Shown here: positions 59,273 through 64,000 of the stretch, in pieces
How the letters are laid out: every line of letters starts with the position of its first letter
Numbering within the stretch: the first letter of the stretch is position 1
From: an uncultured cyanobacterium
GTDB lineage: Bacteria; Cyanobacteriota; Cyanobacteriia; Phormidesmidales; Phormidesmidaceae
Direction of reading: 5' to 3'
DNA: 64,000 bases
Assembly: GCA_963793265.1 (NCBI GenBank)
Contig: CAWBZI010000001.1
Span: forward strand, 736,001 to 800,000
Position numbers and translations under genes: made by a program
The notes under the pieces: generated by a model
Database searches by the model: none
Seen by the model: the letters and a program-made list of their open reading frames with translations, nothing else
What the model was told of the DNA's origin: nothing

Positions 59273-61345
59273 ATGACTGCGACGCCTCTAAATCGCTTCT
59301 TGAGACGCCAACTTCATAATCGCCGTCCGGTTAGAGTATGCGCAGGATTGTTGGCCGCTAGTGTGGCTGTTCCCGAAGCTGCTATGGCACAAACGCCTGT
59401 GACCCGCAGCATTCCTAGCAACTATAGCTGTTACAACACTAACGCGATCGCCATCGACGACTGGAACACAGTAGACATGACGGCTTTTTCGCAGGCAGCC
59501 CAACAAGCCGGTGGGCAGACGCTACGAGTGCCTGGCGGTGACACTGCAAACTACTGGAACTGGGAGAATTACGAGTACGAGCCGGGTAAATTTTCTAACT
59601 ATGGCGATGACGGTGGCATTGTTCACTGGTACGACTACATCAATCAGACTCCGGCCTCGCGCGAGCCTAATATATATCCTTTCTTTTTACCGCAGCAGCT
59701 TCCTGACAGCATCAGATATGAGTACAACACTAACGCCACCCTCGGAAATGTAAAAAGGCTGATCGACGGTGCGCAAGCAGAGCCCATTTGGGTGATGAAT
59801 ATGACCACCTCTTTTTTAGAGAAAGAGATTGATCACCTCAAAAAAGCCGCTGCTTTGGGCATGTCTGTCAACCGCATTGAGCTGGGCAATGAGCTGTACT
59901 TTAGCGGCGGCTTCAACACTCCGCCCGGACAGTTTGGCAACTACGAGAGGCAAGACTTTGGCGGCGCGATTCCTCAAGTGGGCGGTCTAGAGCTTGCAGA
60001 AGACTACGCCGCCGCTGCAAAAACCTGGGCCGACGCCGTGAGAGTTGAGTTTCCCAACGCTGAGATTGCCCTCACAGGCGTAACGGTTGAAGGCAATCCT
60101 TCTACCCGAATTCAAGACTGGATGCCTGAGCTAATGGCAGCGCAGGGGTCTGATGGTCGCAGCGCCTTTGATGCGGTCGATGCATTTACGATTCATCCTT
60201 ATTACAATTCGTCTGATATTGGGATAACGGCGGCAGATATTGGCGATCGCACCAGAGCCGGTGACATTGCCCGCAGCGGCATGACCAAGCTCCGCACCAT
60301 CCTGGCCGACTCTGCTATTGACCCTAACTACACCGTCAATGGCATTCAGGTAAATCAAGAGCTTCAGGGTAAAAAGTTGTGGATCACAGAGCACAACATC
60401 ATTGAGCCAAACGATCGGGTTGTAGTTGGTAACACCTGGGTCGGCGCGCTCATGGTGGATATGCACAATCACGAATTCTTAAAAGACGCTCGCGTAGATG
60501 TGTCTTGCGCTCACGTGCTTACCGGCAACCCGCAGTGGCAGGCGATCGCAGACGAAGACGGTAAAGTCATCGATCCTAACAACCGGGGCACCAGCAACTC
60601 TTTTACTGACGGCACGACCGCTAGACCACACGCCCAGCCGTTCTCACAAACGGCGACTGGATTTGTGCTGGGCAAAAGCGCCGACATTTTTACCGATGGC
60701 ACCGCAACGCTGCTGCACGATGGGGTAGCCTCTACCGCTTGGCGAGTAGAAAACAGCACGTCAGACACAATTTCAGCTATCAACGCCAGTGACATAGACG
60801 AGTTTTTTGAGCTGCCTTTAGGCAAAGTTTGGGAGGTGCTTACCTATATCGGAGATCCCTGGGCCACGATTGATGGCGACGAAGATCTTGAGATTGCCCT
60901 CGAAATTTTAACGGGCGGTTCGCTTCTAAAGATTCCAGCTTTTAGCAAGCTAATTGCCACTGCCGATGCGACGCTACTAGGGCCGCAACAGCCTGATGGG
61001 GAAGAAGTCATTGACCCTGAAGCCGATCCTGAAATCGTGCTTGAAGATGATCCTACAGTGCCAGAGCCACAGGCACCCGGCAGCGAGGAAGCCGAAGCGC
61101 CGGTTGTTTTGTTGCCTGCGCAGCCAGAGCCCACGCAACCGGATCCCGCACAACCAGTTGTTAGCGCACCAGCTTCCCCCATACTTCCTGCTTCTCCCCA
61201 GCCTAGTCTTCAGCCATCTGATGAAGAAGCGAAATCTGTGCCTGAGCCTTCTGCAATTTTGGGTTTGGGCTTAGCGGCGGCAGGATTGGCCGCTTCTCGC
61301 CGTCGTCGGTGGCAAAAGCAGCCCAAGTTTTCATCAGCGGCATAG
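59273..61345 (+). CDS. PEP-CTERM-anchored clan GH-A-like glycoside hydrolase (GH51/GH79-like)
   Basis: Signal peptide, LRVPGGDTANYWNW, ELGNELY, LWITEHN, Pro-rich linker, VPEPSAILGLGLAAAGLAASRRRR. Confidence 0.8.
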   Translation: MTATPLNRFLRRQLHNRRPVRVCAGLLAASVAVPEAAMAQTPVTRSIPSNYSCYNTNAIAIDDWNTVDMTAFSQAAQQAGGQTLRVPGGDTANYWNWENYEYEPGKFSNYGDDGGIVHWYDYINQTPASREPNIYPFFLPQQLPDSIRYEYNTNATLGNVKRLIDGAQAEPIWVMNMTTSFLEKEIDHLKKAAALGMSVNRIELGNELYFSGGFNTPPGQFGNYERQDFGGAIPQVGGLELAEDYAAAAKTWADAVRVEFPNAEIALTGVTVEGNPSTRIQDWMPELMAAQGSDGRSAFDAVDAFTIHPYYNSSDIGITAADIGDRTRAGDIARSGMTKLRTILADSAIDPNYTVNGIQVNQELQGKKLWITEHNIIEPNDRVVVGNTWVGALMVDMHNHEFLKDARVDVSCAHVLTGNPQWQAIADEDGKVIDPNNRGTSNSFTDGTTARPHAQPFSQTATGFVLGKSADIFTDGTATLLHDGVASTAWRVENSTSDTISAINASDIDEFFELPLGKVWEVLTYIGDPWATIDGDEDLEIALEILTGGSLLKIPAFSKLIATADATLLGPQQPDGEEVIDPEADPEIVLEDDPTVPEPQAPGSEEAEAPVVLLPAQPEPTQPDPAQPVVSAPASPILPASPQPSLQPSDEEAKSVPEPSAILGLGLAAAGLAASRRRRWQKQPKFSSAA

Positions 61346-61466
61346 CATCTACGTTCATTTAGAAGACAAACTTTCAAGCAGCAAATCAATAGAAATTTTA
61401 CAGCGGCTTCTACGGCGGTGGCTGACTCTCAGCCTTGCTTTGTTCGGCAACATAAACGTACTCGTC

Positions 61467-64000
61467 ATGATGAATAACAACAGTTTTGAATTCGCCTTAG
61501 AAGAAGCAACCCCTGTTTCTGAGCTTTCGCAGATTAGTGCTAACTCTCCTTTTGCAGATTCATTTGGCAACCATCTAGTTGTCATAGATTCGGCAGTTGA
61601 TCATATTGAACAGTTGACAGCCAGGTTAGAGCGATCGCGCATCCTCATTCTCAACAGCAGCCAAAACGGAATCTCACAGATCACAGACGCACTAGCCCAA
61701 TACACAGATTCCGCCCTCGATGGCCTACACATTATTTCTCACGCCGACACGGGTGTGCTCCAGCTCGGCAGCAACAGTCTCAACGCTGAAGGACTCTCTA
61801 AACACGCCGATGCCCTTACTGATTGGGGCAAAGCACTTTCTAGCAACGGCGACATTTTGCTATATGGCTGCAACCTGGCAGAAGGAGACACCGGAGAATA
61901 CTTCATCAGTCAGTTAAGCCAGCTTACAGGAGCCGATGTCGCCGCCTCAAACGACCTCACGGGCAGCAGCGGCGACTGGATTTTAGAAGCCAATACCGGA
62001 TCGATCGAAGCGCAGGTCATTTTAGATACCACCACTCAAAATAGCTATCAAGGTACGCTTGCTAGCTACAACGGCAAAGAATACGTACTTACGCGAAACA
62101 AAACCTGGGAGGCCGCACAGGCCGAGGCCCGAAGCTTAGGTGGTAACTTAGTCACCATTAATAATGCCGCTGAAGAGAACTGGATTAGGCAAACCTTTGG
62201 CAGAAACGAAGGCTTTTGGATCGGCCTTAGCGACAAAGATCAAGAAGGCACCTTCAAATGGGTCAATGGCGAAGCCCTCACCTACACCAACTGGGCACCC
62301 AACGAACCCAACGACTTTCAAGGCACTCAAGACTATGGCCGCATCAACTTCGGCAGCACCCGTCAGTGGGACGACGAGCACAGCTACACCGAGTTCAAAG
62401 GCATTGTCGAAATTGACTCACCCACTACGCCAACCCCTAACCCACCGCCGGTTACGCCAACGCCAAATCCCGGCAACAATTCACCGACTTACAACGGCAG
62501 TCGCTACCAGCTCACCAGCGCTAAAACCTGGGAAGAAGCACAGTCTGAGGCTCGCAGCTTAGGCGGTAACTTAGTCACTATCAACAATGCCGCTGAAGAG
62601 AACTGGATTAAACAAACCTTCGGCAACAGCGAAGGCTTCTGGATGGGCCTTAGCGACAAGAACCAAGAAGGCACCTTTAAGTGGGCCAGCGGCGAAGCCC
62701 TCACCTACACCAACTGGGCACCCGGCGAGCCCAATGACTTCGGCGGTGGACAAGACTATGGTCGTATAAACTTCAGCAATAGCCGCCAGTGGGATGACGA
62801 ATATGCATTCACAAAGCTACGCGGCATTATCGAAATCAAGCTAGGCACACCAAATCCACCGACGCCCACACCACCGACACCCACGCCACCGACAAACAAT
62901 TCGCCTACCTACAACGGCAGCCGCTACCAGCTCACCAGCGCTAAAACCTGGGAAGAAGCTCAAGCTGAGGCCCGCAGTCTAGGCGGCAACCTCGTCACCA
63001 TCAACAACGTGGCTGAAGAGAACTGGATCAAACAAACCTTTGGCAACAACAAAGGCTTTTGGATGGGCCTTACCGACAAAAACCAAGAAGGCACCTTCCA
63101 ATGGGCCAGCGGCGAAGCGCTCACCTACACCAACTGGGCACCCGGCGAACCCAATGACTTCGGCGGGAGGCAAGACTATGGCCGCATCAACTTCGGCAGC
63201 AACCGGCAGTGGGACGACGAATACGCCTTTAGCAAATACCAGGGCATTGTTGAAATCAAGCTAGGCACCACGCCAAATCCGCCAGTACCGCCGACACCGC
63301 CAACACCACCGACCAACAATCTACCCACTTACAACGGTAGCCGCTACCAGCTCACCAGCGCCAAAACTTGGGAAGCAGCTCAGTCTGAAGCCCGCAGATT
63401 AGGTGGCAACTTAGTCACTATCAACAACGCCGCTGAAGAGAACTGGATTAAGCAAACCTTCGGCAACAGCGAAGGCTTCTGGATGGGCCTTACTGACAAA
63501 AGCCAAGAAGGCACCTTTAAGTGGGCCAGCGGCGAAGCCCTCACCTACACTAACTGGGCACCCGGCGAACCCAATGACTTCGGCGGCGGGCAAGACTATG
63601 GCCGTATAAACTTCAGTAACAGCCGTCAGTGGGACGACGAATATGCATTCACAAAGCTACGCGGCATTATCGAAATTGGCAGCAATGCGCCGACGACCCC
63701 ACCCGTCACACCACCTGTTACGACACCAACTACCCCGCCCGTCACACCACCCACAAATCCACCGACGACCCCACCTGACTACAGCAACGTCTTTACGCGC
63801 ATCGTGCCAGTAGACTACAGCGGCTACAACACGGATGCTGTTGAGCTAGACGACTGGAGCAACGTATCGCTTGTATCGGCTCTGGGCAATGCAGCTAAGG
63901 GCGTAGGCGCGCAGACCTTACGGCTTCCGGGCGGCGACGGCGGTAACTATTGGGACTGGGATCTGGGCAGCATTATTCAAGAGCGTCAGCCGTTCACGCA
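61467..64000 (+). CDS. Large protein running off the window: DUF4347, four C-type lectin domains, then the start of a GH domain paralogous to 59273-61345
   Basis: Manual translation: LVVIDSAV, LHIISHA, DILLYGCN, ADVAASNDLTG..GDWILE. Four repeats of YNG..TWEEAQ..GGNLVTINN..FW(I/M)GL..NWAP(G/N)EPND..QWDD. Ends ..GAQTLRLPGGDGGNYWDW. Absent from the ORF track because there is no stop. Confidence 0.88.
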   Translation, partial: MMNNNSFEFALEEATPVSELSQISANSPFADSFGNHLVVIDSAVDHIEQLTARLERSRILILNSSQNGISQITDALAQYTDSALDGLHIISHADTGVLQLGSNSLNAEGLSKHADALTDWGKALSSNGDILLYGCNLAEGDTGEYFISQLSQLTGADVAASNDLTGSSGDWILEANTGSIEAQVILDTTTQNSYQGTLASYNGKEYVLTRNKTWEAAQAEARSLGGNLVTINNAAEENWIRQTFGRNEGFWIGLSDKDQEGTFKWVNGEALTYTNWAPNEPNDFQGTQDYGRINFGSTRQWDDEHSYTEFKGIVEIDSPTTPTPNPPPVTPTPNPGNNSPTYNGSRYQLTSAKTWEEAQSEARSLGGNLVTINNAAEENWIKQTFGNSEGFWMGLSDKNQEGTFKWASGEALTYTNWAPGEPNDFGGGQDYGRINFSNSRQWDDEYAFTKLRGIIEIKLGTPNPPTPTPPTPTPPTNNSPTYNGSRYQLTSAKTWEEAQAEARSLGGNLVTINNVAEENWIKQTFGNNKGFWMGLTDKNQEGTFQWASGEALTYTNWAPGEPNDFGGRQDYGRINFGSNRQWDDEYAFSKYQGIVEIKLGTTPNPPVPPTPPTPPTNNLPTYNGSRYQLTSAKTWEAAQSEARRLGGNLVTINNAAEENWIKQTFGNSEGFWMGLTDKSQEGTFKWASGEALTYTNWAPGEPNDFGGGQDYGRINFSNSRQWDDEYAFTKLRGIIEIGSNAPTTPPVTPPVTTPTTPPVTPPTNPPTTPPDYSNVFTRIVPVDYSGYNTDAVELDDWSNVSLVSALGNAAKGVGAQTLRLPGGDGGNYWDWDLGSIIQERQPFT
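62067..63680 (+). repeat. Four tandem ~420-bp C-type-lectin coding repeats with Pro/Thr linkers
   Basis: Units start at 62067, 62490, 62910 and 63330 (TACAACGG), all in frame. Confidence 0.92.

Larger units (their letters stand above)
1..64000. repeat. HIP1 octamer GCGATCGC dispersed throughout
   Basis: Examples at 40, 31333, 46758, 49658, 51672, 54099 and 56670. Hallmark of many cyanobacterial genomes. Confidence 0.95.

Noticed and set aside
62067..63680. Regular repeats as a CRISPR array or DGR template/variable repeats
   Set aside because: They are in-frame 420-bp coding domains with no spacers. Differences are not adenine-specific, and there is no reverse transcriptase in the window.

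Overview
Cyanobacterial chromosomal window. The HIP1 octamer GCGATCGC is abundant, and petCA, rpsU, rbp, argG, argF, prs and bioD are present. The first ~23.4 kb is a single minus-strand cluster of secreted DUF11/Ig-fold proteins, an OmpA/beta-helix protein and a 1498-aa predicted outer-membrane barrel. Read side by side, these proteins follow a consistent split-domain pattern. Several begin, right after the signal peptide, with only the last two strands of a DUF11 fold (G-x-x-I-x-N-x-A...S-N-x-V). Several end with a DUF11 fold that stops exactly before those strands. This suggests a fibre or pilus built by donor-strand complementation, possibly locked by intermolecular Lys-Asn isopeptide bonds, with base, shaft, tip, cap/chaperone and export components (inference, not demonstrated). 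One subunit gene is frameshifted, and the barrel gene carries a C10 tract. The rest is mostly housekeeping genes, plus three apparent pseudo-enzymes, small TA/defence-like islands, two copies of an 85-bp palindromic repeat and overlapping HLR1/NtcA-like sites upstream of petC. At the right end are two related glycoside-hydrolase-like genes, one PEP-CTERM and one DUF4347 plus four C-type lectin repeats. No rRNA, tRNA, CRISPR array or transposase was recognised.
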